Assembly: GCA_949840855.1 (NCBI GenBank)
Contig: CATKYP010000001.1
Location: 1-30,345, forward strand
Reading direction: 5' to 3'
Length of the DNA: 30,345 nucleotides
Origin: an uncultured Bacilli bacterium
Lineage (GTDB): Bacteria; Bacillota_I; Bacilli_A; RF39; UBA660
Under the pieces are notes generated by a model that was given only the letters and a program-made list of their open reading frames with translations, was not told where the DNA came from and did not search any database. Below are positions 1 to 11,845 of the stretch, one piece after another; within the stretch, counting starts at the first letter, position 1; each line of letters begins with the position of its first letter. Position numbers and translations under genes: made by a program.

Positions 1-16
1 TTTACGAGGTGTGATA

Positions 17-2182
17 ATGGTTGTTGGAGTTTTAGTGGAATTATCTAATAAAAGTATTGATAAAGTATTTTATTACTTAGTACCAGATAAATTAGATTTA
101 AAGATGAAAAAAGGTATTAGGGTTTTAGTTCCTTTTGGCCATCAACAATTAGAAGGATTTGTTTTAGAGATTAAGAATACAATAGAACTGGATTTTGATC
201 TTAAGTATATTATTGATGTATTAGATGATGATGTCATTATAAATAATGAGATGTTTAATCTTGGGAAAGTTATGCAAGCTAAAACATTATCTACATTAAT
301 TAGTTGTTATCAAGTTATGCTTCCTAAAGCTCTAAAAGCCAAAAATGGAATATCAATTAATAAAAAGTATGATATATATTATAGACTGGTAAATGTTCCC
401 GAGCATCTTACTAAGAGTCAAGAAAAGATTATTAAATTATTTGAAAATAAAAGTGTTGTATCTAAAAAGGAAATACTTAATATTTCTAGTAGTAGTTTAA
501 AAACTTTGGAAAGTAAGAATTTTTTGATAAGAGTAGAAAAAGAGCATTATAGATTAGAATATGATAAGGTTGCTGTTAAAAAGTATAATTTAACTGATGA
601 TCAGATGGCAGTAGTTGAGGAGTTTAATAAAAGTAAGGATTTGGTATATTTATTACATGGTGTTACTGGAAGTGGAAAAACTGAGGTTTATATGGAATTA
701 ATAGTAAATGTAATAAATAATGGTCAAACAGCAATTATTCTTGTTCCTGAGATTAGTTTAACTCCACAAATGATTAAACGCTTTACAGAAAGATTTGGTA
801 ATAGAATTGCTGCTTTTCATTCGGCATTATCAGAAGGAGAAAAGTATGATGAATGGAGAAGAATTGTAAGAGGTGAGGTTGATATTGTAATAGGTGCTAG
901 AAGCGCTTTATTTGCGCCTATTAGTAATTTAGGATTAATAGTAATTGATGAAGAGCATAGTGATACATATAAGCAAGATGATTCCAATCCAAGATATAAT
1001 GCAATTGAAATGGCAATCGAAAGAGCTAAATTAAATAAAGATTGTAAATTATTATTAGGAAGTGCTACTCCTTCTCTTGAAAGTTATGCTAGAGCTAGAA
1101 GAGGAGTATATCATCTATTAAATCTTCCTAATAGAGTAAATAAAAGGCCTCTTCCAAAGATTGATATAGTTGATATGAATAAAAATATAAAAAATATGAA
1201 AGGTCATTTTTCTAATATATTGATAGAGAAAATCAAAAATAAAATTAGTTTGGGAGAACAAGTAATATTATTACTAAATAGAAGAGGATATTCATCATTT
1301 GTTTCTTGTAAAGATTGTGGTTATGTATTTAAATGTCCAAATTGTGATATTACTTTAACTTATCATAAGTCTACTAATAATTTAAGATGTCATTATTGTG
1401 GCTATGCAGAAAGTATGATATATACTTGTCCTAGTTGCAATAATAATTCTATAGATTCAATTGGTGTTGGTACTGAGAGAATAGAAGAAGAATTAAATTC
1501 ATTAATTCCTAATGCAAAAATAGTTCGAATGGACTTTGATACAACATCTAAAAAGGGTTCTCATAAAAAAATTGTTAAGGACTTTTCTGAGCATAAGTAT
1601 GATATTTTATTAGGTACTCAAATAGTTGCTAAAGGACTTGATTTTGAAAATGTTACATTAGTAGGAGTTATAAATGCTGATACATCTCTTAACATACCAG
1701 ATTTTAGAAGTAGTGAAACAACATTTTCACTTTTGAGTCAGGTTGCTGGTAGAAGTGGTAGAAAAGATAAAGAAGGAGAAGTTATATTACAAACATTTAA
1801 TAAAGAGCATTATGCTATTAGATATGTTAAATATCACGATTATTTAGGTTTTTATGATATGGAGATGCATATTAGAAGAGAGTTAAAATATCCACCATTT
1901 TATTTTATTACATATATTCGCATTAGTAGTAAAGATAACAATCTTTGTTATAAAGAATCTTTAAAGATAAAAAAATCTCTTGAAAAATATTTAGATAAAA
2001 CAATAATATTAGGGCCAAGTGTGTCTTCTTTATTTAAAGTAAATAATGTGTATAGATATGGAATAATTTTAAAATATAAAAAGCAAGATAATTTAATGGA
2101 AGTATTAGAAAAGATGATAGATGTATATAAGAGTAATAGAAAAGTAGCAGTGGATTTAAATTTTAATCCTAAGCATTTTTAG
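17..2182 (+). CDS. priA: Primosomal protein N' (replication restart helicase)
   Basis: Walker A GVTGSGKT, DEEH motif II, GSATPS, four CxxC pairs (CKDC, CPNC, CHYC, CPSC), QVAGRSGR motif VI. ORF track starts at GTG 11; GAGGTG at 6-11 favours ATG 17. Confidence 0.97.
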   Translation: MVVGVLVELSNKSIDKVFYYLVPDKLDLKMKKGIRVLVPFGHQQLEGFVLEIKNTIELDFDLKYIIDVLDDDVIINNEMFNLGKVMQAKTLSTLISCYQVMLPKALKAKNGISINKKYDIYYRLVNVPEHLTKSQEKIIKLFENKSVVSKKEILNISSSSLKTLESKNFLIRVEKEHYRLEYDKVAVKKYNLTDDQMAVVEEFNKSKDLVYLLHGVTGSGKTEVYMELIVNVINNGQTAIILVPEISLTPQMIKRFTERFGNRIAAFHSALSEGEKYDEWRRIVRGEVDIVIGARSALFAPISNLGLIVIDEEHSDTYKQDDSNPRYNAIEMAIERAKLNKDCKLLLGSATPSLESYARARRGVYHLLNLPNRVNKRPLPKIDIVDMNKNIKNMKGHFSNILIEKIKNKISLGEQVILLLNRRGYSSFVSCKDCGYVFKCPNCDITLTYHKSTNNLRCHYCGYAESMIYTCPSCNNNSIDSIGVGTERIEEELNSLIPNAKIVRMDFDTTSKKGSHKKIVKDFSEHKYDILLGTQIVAKGLDFENVTLVGVINADTSLNIPDFRSSETTFSLLSQVAGRSGRKDKEGEVILQTFNKEHYAIRYVKYHDYLGFYDMEMHIRRELKYPPFYFITYIRISSKDNNLCYKESLKIKKSLEKYLDKTIILGPSVSSLFKVNNVYRYGIILKYKKQDNLMEVLEKMIDVYKSNRKVAVDLNFNPKHF

Positions 2183-2226
2183 TTAATAATAATTTATATT
2201 TTTTATGTACTTACTTTTAGTTTTAC

Positions 2227-2235
2227 TGATATAAT
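2227..2235 (+). promoter_or_regulatory. Possible extended -10 promoter for ligA (TGaTATAAT)
   Basis: TG-N-TATAAT at 2227-2235; no clear -35; AT-rich background lowers confidence. Confidence 0.35.
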
Positions 2236-2251
2236 TATGATGTAGTACTAG

Positions 2252-4258
<2,007 letters not shown>

Positions 4259-4260
4259 AT

Positions 4261-5303
4261 TGTATATGTAAAGAGTGTAAAAATGTATTTCATGCGCCTA
4301 TTCCAGATGATTTAAAAGAAGAAATTCAATATGGAAAAACATTACAATCCCTAGCAGTATGTTTAACAAATGAAATCTATACACCATTTAATAAAACGGT
4401 TAAATTGGTAAGTGGAATTACAAATGGTGAGATAAACATGAGTGAAGGATATGTGACAAAACTACAAAAAAAGGCTTCAAAAAATTTAAAATCATTTATA
4501 GAAGAAATAAAAGAATATATACCAAAACAAGAAGTATATGGATGGGATGATGGAGTTGTTAAGGTAAACTGTAAAGATGCAATTCTTAGAACATATTGCA
4601 CAGATGATATGGCATTATTTATTGGTCATGAAAAGAAAAATGAGGAAGTATTAAATGAATATGGAATATTACTAAATACAGAAAAGGATACAATAGTAAT
4701 GTATGATCATATTCTTCATAATTACAATGATAAATACATTTTTTAAAATGTAGAATGTATGATTCATTTAATAAGAAGATTGAAAAAGAAAAAGGAAAAA
4801 ACAGAACATGAATGGTGTGACAAGATGATAGAATTATTATCTGACACGAATAAAGACAGAAATAAAAAAATAAAAGAAGAAAAAGATATGTTTGAGAATG
4901 ATTATCTAAAAGCATTGGACGAAAAATACTTACAAATCTTAGAAGAAGCGAAAATAGAGAATGAGAGTAAAGAAAATATTAATTACTTTAAAAAAGAAGA
5001 AAAAAGTTTTATTAATGATTTAGTAAAATATAAAGACAATTCTTTTATGGGCATATGATTTCAGACTACCATCAACTAATAATAACTTAGAGAGAAATAT
5101 AAGACCAATAAAATCGGAGATGAAGATAAGTGGACAATTTCAAAGTATTAGTTATCTTGAATATTATGCCAACATTCGAACTTATATAGAAACTTGCAAG
5201 AAAAATGGTATTAACATTATTGAGTGCTGTATATGATTAATGAATAATAATTTATATATTTTAACAGAAATATTAGGAGAAGAAAAAAATAGTGAATAGT
5301 CAC
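4261..5303 (+). mobile_element. Decayed, 5'-truncated IS66-family (single-ORF, ISBst12-like) transposase with right end
   Basis: Continuous transposase-like reading from 4261: CxCxxC..QYG, WDDG (DET-equivalent), MYDH, ECMIHLIRRL, LPSTNNNLERNIRPIK..KISGQF. Lesions: in-frame TAA 4744-4746, frameshift near 5040, in-frame TGA 5234-5236. The stop at 5297-5299 lies inside an end-like motif GTGAATAGTCAC (5292-5303). Confidence 0.85.
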
Positions 5304-5447
5304 TACTTTTTGGCCTGTATTTAAATAAATCTGTTCTAGGCCGTAAATAGTAACGTATGATGAGTGACATACTAATTTAACCATTAACATTTTTACTGGC
5401 GCATTTAAAAATTCATTCGAGGAATAAAATGTATACTTCTTTTTTTC

Positions 5448-5487
5448 TTGAACATTTAATAATTATTTGCTAAAATTATTTTAGCAA
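5448..5487 (+). promoter_or_regulatory. Sigma-A promoter of the NUDIX gene with overlapping palindrome
   Basis: TTGAAC (5448-5453), 17 nt, TG-extended TAAAAT (5471-5476); perfect palindrome TTGCTAAAAT-T-ATTTTAGCAA at 5467-5487; RBS GAAAGGA before ATG 5514. Confidence 0.6.
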
Positions 5488-5513
5488 TCAACACTAGAAA
5501 GGAAAAGATAAAA

Positions 5514-6062
5514 ATGTCTAAGGAATTAATTGATGTATTAGATGAAAATGGCTGTTTAACAGGTAAGGTTTTACCAAGAGATGAAGTACATAAACAAGGA
5601 TTATGGCATAGAGCAATTGCTGTAGCTATAGTTAATGAAAATAATCAGGTTTTATTACAACAAAGAAGTGCTAATAAAGAAAAAAATGCTGGTATGTGGG
5701 ATATATCTGTAGCAGGTCATATATCAGCAGGACAAGATTCGCTTTCAGCAGCAGCTCGTGAGATAAATGAAGAAGTAAGTGTATTGTTAGGTTATAGAAC
5801 AGAAATAAAAGACTTTAGATATATGTATTGCTTTAGGAAAGAGGAAAAATTTAGTGAAAATTATATTGAAAGACAATTCTATGATTTTTTTATCTTAAGA
5901 ACATCAGGATTAGACGATAAAACAATATACTTCCAAAAAGAAGAAGTACAAGCTGTTAAGTTTGTAGATTTAACTGAACTTCAAAAGATGATAGAAAATG
6001 GTGGAATTGTAAATAGAAAAGAAATATATGATGTACTAACATCTTTCCTATTTAGATTTTAA
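5514..6062 (+). CDS. NUDIX hydrolase, IPP-isomerase-like subfamily
   Basis: Nudix box AGHISAGQDSLSAAAREINEEVSV and IDI-like N-terminus (VHKQGLWHRAI..LLQQRS). The catalytic Cys of type 1 IDI is absent (DISVAGH), so idi is not assigned. Confidence 0.88.
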   Translation: MSKELIDVLDENGCLTGKVLPRDEVHKQGLWHRAIAVAIVNENNQVLLQQRSANKEKNAGMWDISVAGHISAGQDSLSAAAREINEEVSVLLGYRTEIKDFRYMYCFRKEEKFSENYIERQFYDFFILRTSGLDDKTIYFQKEEVQAVKFVDLTELQKMIENGGIVNRKEIYDVLTSFLFRF

Positions 6063-6137
6063 ATTATAGCTCTACCTGAAATATGGAAGTTTTTTAATAA
6101 TATGGTAAAATAAATTACAAATATAGCGGAGGTAAAA

Positions 6138-6967
6138 ATGGCAGTTAAAATAAAAATTACACAAAAAAAGGTTTATTCAAAAAAAATTTATCTATAGAGT
6201 AAATTGCAAAAGAAAATAACTTATCGTATGGTATTAGTGATGATAATTATCGTCTAGTAGAAAATGAAATATCTAATTATACTTTATTATATAATAAAAA
6301 GATTTTATCAAGAAGAATAGAAATAAGTATAAATAACAATGATATACTTTTACAATTAAATTTACCAACTAGCGTTTATGAAATAGAAAGTTTCTATAAT
6401 CTAATAGAAAATATATGTAAAAAAATTAAAGTAAATAGATATACCCGTGATGAAGAACTAGTAAATGTAAAGGATAATAGTAAATTTATAAAATATGATA
6501 AAGAAGCTAGTACTAATGCTTTAATAACTATAAAAGAAAAGTTAGATGAAGAAAAATATAGTCGTCTTGAAATATTTGGTATCAAGAATCCTATTTCTAT
6601 AGGTAAGATTGAAATAGAAAAAATTGATGCATCTTTGGAAAAATTCGAAAAACTATTAAATGATTTGCAAAACTTCGATTATTATGCTGCTCCAAGAGTT
6701 TACAAAAAAGAAAATAAACTAATTGGAATATATGTAGTAGGAGAAAATATTTTATCCGTAATTCCAACAGAACCTCATGTTGTCTTAAACCAAATAAATA
6801 ATGTTGAAGAATGGTATATTATGCTAGGAGAAAATAATATTATTAGGTATAATGATTTCATTAATAATTTAAATAATACTACATACTATGACAATAATCA
6901 TATCTTAATAAACTTAGCCAAAGATGAAATAGAACAATTTATTACAAACTTTAAAACTGAAATATAA
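6138..6967 (+). pseudogene. DUF4299-like protein, disrupted
   Basis: RBS GGAGG and ATG 6138 (MAVKIKITQKK); frameshift in the A7 run at 6163-6169; in-frame TAA 6200-6202; then an open frame 6203-6967 that includes the 110-aa track ORF. Resemblance to streptococcal DUF4299 proteins is from memory (EKFEK..LQN.DYY..PRVY..IGIY..LSVIPTEPHV; YYDNNHI). Confidence 0.65.
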
Positions 6968-7020
6968 TTTATAATAGTAAATGAAAAGGACTTACTTTTC
7001 TTAGCCTTATATTTATGAAT

Positions 7021-7758
7021 CTAAATTTTTCTTTTACACTTAGGAGATTCATATCCTAACTTTAATAAATCATCAACAATATCTTCAAAATAATAATCAT
7101 TAATAGGTTTAATTTTACCACTTATATATGCTCTAAGTTCCTTAATTATATTATTATTTAAATTCAAAGAAGAAAAGTTAATATATCTATCCTCATTAAA
7201 CTCAAAATAACCATTTGCTAAATAATAAAGAAACATAATAAGTAGTTCTATTTTATCATCAACAATACTATTAATTATTATTTCACTTTTAGAAAAATTT
7301 TCATCTAAATATATATTCTCTCTTGAAATATAACTATCAATAATAGAAGCATCGAAATCAATAAATTTGATATCTAAATCTTCATTTATCATAATATTGG
7401 TAGCATTAATATCTGAGTGTATTATTTCACTATTGTGCATCTTTTTAAGAAGAGTAGCCATTTTTTTATAAAGACATAGTACCTCTTTTGTATCTAAACC
7501 TTTCATATATGGAGAATCTATTAGTGTTTTATAATCTGTTAAAATAGGTAAATATATTTTGCTTTTACAATAAGGAAATGAGTTCTTCTCTTCACTATCA
7601 AGTTCAAATACACTAATAGGTTTATTAATAAAATTAAGATTTTTATCTTGTAATATTTTCCAAGCATTAACTTCTATTGATGAGTATTTTATTAATTTTC
7701 CAGGCGAATCTATATATATTCTATAGTATGTAAAGTCATCAATTACTAAGTTATTCAT
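7021..7758 (-). CDS. Small stand-alone protein-kinase-like fold protein
   Basis: Catalytic loop IIHSDINATNIM and DFG-equivalent FIDFD; no Gly-rich loop, TM or sensor domain; RBS AGGGGG. Confidence 0.75.
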   Translation of the reverse strand: MNNLVIDDFTYYRIYIDSPGKLIKYSSIEVNAWKILQDKNLNFINKPISVFELDSEEKNSFPYCKSKIYLPILTDYKTLIDSPYMKGLDTKEVLCLYKKMATLLKKMHNSEIIHSDINATNIMINEDLDIKFIDFDASIIDSYISRENIYLDENFSKSEIIINSIVDDKIELLIMFLYYLANGYFEFNEDRYINFSSLNLNNNIIKELRAYISGKIKPINDYYFEDIVDDLLKLGYESPKCKRKI

Positions 7759-7788
7759 AAACTAACCCCCTATAAGTAAAGTTAGCAT

Positions 7789-7817
7789 ATTATAACACAA
7801 AAGAACAAATACGTCAA
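7789..7817 (-). promoter_or_regulatory. Sigma-A promoter for the kinase-like gene
   Basis: Minus strand TTGACG (7817-7812), 17 nt, TG-extended TATAAT (7794-7789). Confidence 0.65.
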
Positions 7818-7869
7818 AGTATTTAGAATATGATATACTTAAATTATAAAATAATTTAAGGAGTTAACT

Positions 7870-9765
7870 ATGAGTTTTATATTACCACTAATATATTTTA
7901 TTTCGATAAATGCAACTACTGTAATACTAACTAAAAAAACATTTGGAAAAACATTACCTCTTACAATGATGATATCCGCTCTTACATTATTTTTCAGTCA
8001 AATGTTATTTAGTACTTTTCTAATAGGATATTTACTAAATATCTTACTAGCTATTATTCCTATTGTTTACATAATTATTTTTAAACATAAGAAAAAAGAT
8101 TTAAATAAATTAAAGAACAATATGTTAACTAAAGGATTTTATGCTTTTATTCTAATCTATATTGCTATTTATATTTTCGATTATAATAGAGTCTTTACAG
8201 TCTGGGATGAGTATTCACATTGGGGAGTTATGGTTAAAGAAATGCTTCGACTTGATAAGTTTTATTCTGTTAATGAGTCTACTCTTATGGTACACAAAGA
8301 CTATCCACCAATAATATCAATATTTCAATTATTTTACTGTAAGTTAATAGGAACTTATAAAGAAAAATATTTGATTACCTCTCTTCATTTATTAAGCCTC
8401 TCTTTTTTTATCCCATCAATATGTGAAGAAGGTAAGAATTTTTCTAAATTAAGATTTATCATAAAAGTAGGTATTATTATACTAAGTATCTTTTTAGCTT
8501 TCTTATTATTTGATGGACACGGAATAATTAATACTATTTATACTGATTATATTATGTCTATTATAGTAGGTTATATGTTATATATAGTTATAACAGAAAA
8601 AAATATAACCTCAAACTTTAGCATTTTAACACTTTCTGTTAGTTCCTGCTTCCTTTTACTAACTAAACAAATGGGCTTGCCATTATATCTTATGGTGATT
8701 TTTACCTATTTTGTTGAAACCCTGATAAAGCAAAAATTATATCATCTAAAAAACATAAAAAAGTTAAACAAGATAAAAACAATTCAGATATTGATAATAT
8801 TATTAGTTATACCACTTTTAATATGGAAGTTATGGAGTATTCACATAACAAATTTAGGTATTAAGGGGCAATTTGAATTATCTGATTTAAACATTTTAGA
8901 ATTAAAAGATATAATAACTAAAAATAGGGGAGAAACATATCAACAAGAAGTTATAAAAAATTACTCTAAAGCCTTAATAAATTCAAAAATTACAACATCA
9001 TATATAAAACTTACTTATCTTAGTTCAGGTCTATTAATAATTGCTATATTACTAATAGAGTGTCTCTTTATGAAGGATATAATCAAAAAAAGAAAATTTA
9101 TAGAGTTAATTATAACATTTATTATAGGATCTTTTGGATATGCCTTTGTAATGTTTACTCTTTATATGTTCTCATTTGGAGAAATAGAAGGACCCATATT
9201 AGCATCATTTAATAGATATATGCCAACCTTTATTCTAATTGGAATAAGTGCATCCTTAATGATATTTTTTAATTATAATACTATTAAAGATAAAGAAGTA
9301 AAAAGTCTAAAAATATGCTTAATGTTAATACTTATCTTACTATTTGTTCAAAAACCAACGAATATTAAAAAATTAATACCAAAGATTAAAAAAACTCCTG
9401 AAAATTTATATGAATATCACGCTAAAAGAATTAATAATAAAACAGAAAATAATTCTAAAATATTTTTATTAGCACAAAATACAGAAGGAGACTATCAATT
9501 TGCCATAAAATATTATATTAATCCTAGAACTACTAATCTTTCTCATTTTAATCTACCAACTAAAGATATATCAAACTATGAACAGTACTTCAAAAAAAAT
9601 ATTTATGACTATATTTTACAGTTTGACTATTTATATATTGTTAATATAGATGAAAATACAAAAGAAAAGTATCACTTTTTCATAAAAGAAAATGATATAG
9701 AGATTGGCAAACTATATAAAATTATTAATGATAAAAATGAAATAAAACTAAAAGAAATTTTATAG
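7870..9765 (+). CDS. Polytopic membrane protein, possible GT-C-fold glycosyltransferase
   Basis: More than 10 hydrophobic segments; external loop with WDEYSHWG..HKDYPP (acidic pair after early TMs, as in polyprenol-phosphate-sugar GT-C enzymes); soluble C-terminal tail. Function is inferred. Confidence 0.55.
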   Translation: MSFILPLIYFISINATTVILTKKTFGKTLPLTMMISALTLFFSQMLFSTFLIGYLLNILLAIIPIVYIIIFKHKKKDLNKLKNNMLTKGFYAFILIYIAIYIFDYNRVFTVWDEYSHWGVMVKEMLRLDKFYSVNESTLMVHKDYPPIISIFQLFYCKLIGTYKEKYLITSLHLLSLSFFIPSICEEGKNFSKLRFIIKVGIIILSIFLAFLLFDGHGIINTIYTDYIMSIIVGYMLYIVITEKNITSNFSILTLSVSSCFLLLTKQMGLPLYLMVIFTYFVETLIKQKLYHLKNIKKLNKIKTIQILIILLVIPLLIWKLWSIHITNLGIKGQFELSDLNILELKDIITKNRGETYQQEVIKNYSKALINSKITTSYIKLTYLSSGLLIIAILLIECLFMKDIIKKRKFIELIITFIIGSFGYAFVMFTLYMFSFGEIEGPILASFNRYMPTFILIGISASLMIFFNYNTIKDKEVKSLKICLMLILILLFVQKPTNIKKLIPKIKKTPENLYEYHAKRINNKTENNSKIFLLAQNTEGDYQFAIKYYINPRTTNLSHFNLPTKDISNYEQYFKKNIYDYILQFDYLYIVNIDENTKEKYHFFIKENDIEIGKLYKIINDKNEIKLKEIL

Positions 9766-9787
9766 GATAGTTAAAATTATTTAAATC

Positions 9788-9830
9788 TAACAAAATTGTA
9801 ATAATAAGACCTTATTTTTCGTGGTATACT
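9788..9830 (+). promoter_or_regulatory. BceR/BraR-like box plus extended -10 upstream of the DedA/VTT gene
   Basis: TAACA-AAAT-TGTAA (9788-9801), 23 nt, then TG-G-TATACT (9822-9830); no canonical -35. Confidence 0.55.
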
Positions 9831-9859
9831 AAGTATAGTTTATAAAGGAAGTATGATAT

Positions 9860-10429
9860 ATGGAAGATAAAAAGAAATTACAAAAAATATTTAAGATTAT
9901 AACAATTATAGTAACGATTCTTTTAGTAGCTTTTATTATCTATGGTATACATCTTGGGATTTTTAAAGATAAAAAAATTTTAGTAGACTATATGAAAAAC
10001 TTTGGAATATGGGCTTTCTTATTCTTTATAATATTACAAGCTATTCAAGTAGTATTTCCAGTAATACCAGGAGGAGCCAGTTGTCTAGCAGGAGTTCTAG
10101 CTTTTGGACCTGTTCTAGGATTTATTTATAATTACCTTGGATTAGTTATAGGATCTGTACTTGCCTTTCTAATATCAAGAAAATATGGAGAAAGGTTAGT
10201 AAAACAACTATTTAGTGAAGAAACAGTTAATAAATATTTATCATATATAAAAACAAAAAAGTTCGATAAGATATTCTTTTGGGGGATATTTCTTCCAGGC
10301 TTCCCGGACGACTTATTATGCTATGTTGCTGGATTAAGTAAAATGAATTTTAAAACTTTCATCTTCTATATAATTATAGGAAAGCCCCTAGCATTAATAA
10401 TGTATAGTGTATTTATAAACTTCCTTTAA
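9860..10429 (+). CDS. TVP38/TMEM64 (VTT/DedA superfamily) membrane protein
   Basis: QAIQVVFPVIPGG..AGVLAFGP..G.IY..G..IGS..AF.I.RKYG and FLPGFPDDLLCY.AGLSKM motifs. Confidence 0.92.
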   Translation: MEDKKKLQKIFKIITIIVTILLVAFIIYGIHLGIFKDKKILVDYMKNFGIWAFLFFIILQAIQVVFPVIPGGASCLAGVLAFGPVLGFIYNYLGLVIGSVLAFLISRKYGERLVKQLFSEETVNKYLSYIKTKKFDKIFFWGIFLPGFPDDLLCYVAGLSKMNFKTFIFYIIIGKPLALIMYSVFINFL

Positions 10430-10435
10430 AAAATG

Positions 10436-10465
10436 GTAATTTACAATACAAATTACTCTTTTTTT
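10436..10465 (+). terminator. Possible weak intrinsic terminator
   Basis: GTAATTT/AAATTAC stem followed by a T-rich tract just after the stop codon; the stem is AT-rich. Confidence 0.35.
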
Positions 10466-10775
10466 GTTATAATTAATTATACTATTTAATGTTAAAGAGC
10501 CAAAAATGATATTTGCAAGCGATAATGAAAAAATAAAATAAGTACTAGATTGCTAGCTACTAACACATTAAAAGAAAAATGATTAAAACTAAAAAGATGA
10601 ATATATTAACAAAAAGTATTTAATATTTACTTTATTATATTAAGAGAATAATCTAATAGTAAGCTATTTTACTAAAAAACTCTATTATAATTATATTATC
10701 TTGCTTAATAACATCTTTATGGAATAATTAAATGGAATATACTTAATAAAACTAATGTAAATAGGAAGTGAAAAG

Positions 10776-11594
10776 ATGGAAAAATATCAAGAAATAGAAC
10801 GAACTATTATAAAAAAGTATAGAAAAGAACTATGGAGTAGATTTATAAAGGCAGTTAGAGATTACGAATTAATTAATGAGTCAGATAAAGTAATGATTTG
10901 TATAAGTGGTGGCAAAGACTCATTTTTACTAGCAAAATGTATACAAGAACTAAAAAAACACGGCAAAATAGAGTTTGAGACTAAGTATGTCGTTATGGAT
11001 CCAGGCTATAGTAGCACTCATCTTGAAAAGATACTTTATAATGCCAAATTATTAAATATTGATATTGAAATATTTAAATCAGATATCTTTGAAGTAGCAG
11101 AAAAACTAAATAATGAGCATCCCTGTTACTTATGTGCTAGGATGAGAAGAGGGTGTCTTTATAATAGAGCAAAAGAACTTGGTTGTAATAAGATTGCTCT
11201 TGGTCATCATTTTGATGATGTAATAGAAACTATTTTATTGTCCATATTTTATGGTGCTGAAATTAAAACAATGCTTCCCAAATTACACAGTGACAACTTT
11301 GAAGGGTTAGAGTTAATAAGACCATTATATTTAATAAAAGAAGAAGATATCATTTCTTGGTGTAATTATAATAACTTAGAATTTATTAATTGTGCCTGCA
11401 GATTTACTGAAAACACAGAAAATAGTGATGATATAAGTAAAAGAAAAGAAATAAAAAATTTAATAAAAAATCTTAGGAAAACTAATAAAAACATAGACTA
11501 CAATATTTTTAAAAGTGTTGATAATATTAATCTAAACTGTGTTTTAGGCTATTTAAAAGATAAAGAAAAACATACTTTTTTGGATGACTATTAA
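10776..11594 (+). CDS. ttcA: tRNA 2-thiocytidine biosynthesis protein TtcA family (PP-loop)
   Basis: SGGKDS PP-loop, PCYLCARMRRG, KIALGHHFDDVIET, IRPL, C-terminal CAC. Confidence 0.85.
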   Translation: MEKYQEIERTIIKKYRKELWSRFIKAVRDYELINESDKVMICISGGKDSFLLAKCIQELKKHGKIEFETKYVVMDPGYSSTHLEKILYNAKLLNIDIEIFKSDIFEVAEKLNNEHPCYLCARMRRGCLYNRAKELGCNKIALGHHFDDVIETILLSIFYGAEIKTMLPKLHSDNFEGLELIRPLYLIKEEDIISWCNYNNLEFINCACRFTENTENSDDISKRKEIKNLIKNLRKTNKNIDYNIFKSVDNINLNCVLGYLKDKEKHTFLDDY

Positions 11595-11643
11595 AATAAG
11601 AATAACTTTTTTTAGTTAACTTGTTGTTTACAAAATGTATATT

Positions 11644-11719
11644 TGTTATAATCTATATAGATACATTTGAAAATATCAGGCGCTTTCCTTTTATTTATAT
11701 ATCATAAATGAAAGGGGGG
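11644..11719 (+). promoter_or_regulatory. Extended -10 promoter and RBS-sequestering 5'-UTR hairpin of the small ORF
   Basis: TG-T-TATAAT at 11644-11652; arms about 11683-11698 and 11704-11719 form a ~16-bp stem (with G-U pairs) that covers the AAAGGGGGG RBS. Confidence 0.55.
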
Positions 11720-11725
11720 ATATTA

Positions 11726-11803
11726 ATGATAAAAAGAGAATTTATTTTCTTTGTTATAATACTACTCTTATTCGTAGAAATATTCATATTTCTTCTAAAA
11801 TAA
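11726..11803 (+). CDS. 25-aa single-TM hydrophobic peptide MIKREFIFFVIILLLFVEIFIFLLK; candidate type I toxin or small membrane protein
   Basis: Not in the ORF track. It has a G-rich RBS 6 nt before ATG, its own promoter and a downstream hairpin; basic N-terminus plus a ~19-residue hydrophobic core. Confidence 0.6.
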   Translation: MIKREFIFFVIILLLFVEIFIFLLK

Positions 11804-11805
11804 TA

Positions 11806-11845
11806 AAAGCACCTGATTTCAACTAAAGTTGATTTTTGGTGCTTT
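11806..11845. terminator. Hairpin after the small ORF, potentially bidirectional terminator
   Basis: AAAGCACC/GGTGCTTT outer stem and TCAACT/AGTTGA inner stem; TTTC follows on plus, TTTTATTA follows on minus. Confidence 0.6.

Noticed and set aside
5514-6062. Annotation as IPP isomerase (idi)
   Set aside because: The type 1 IDI catalytic Cys is absent and no isoprenoid pathway genes are nearby.
4744-6202. In-frame TAA/TGA codons as possible stop-codon reassignment
   Set aside because: TGA and TAA end intact genes (RR, permease, ligA) and Trp is TGG throughout; the stops sit in elements that also carry frameshifts.
10466-10760. Possible decayed minus-strand membrane-protein gene between the DedA gene and ttcA
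   Set aside because: Only short hydrophobic stretches broken by stops in all frames; cannot be told apart from AT-rich intergenic DNA by eye.
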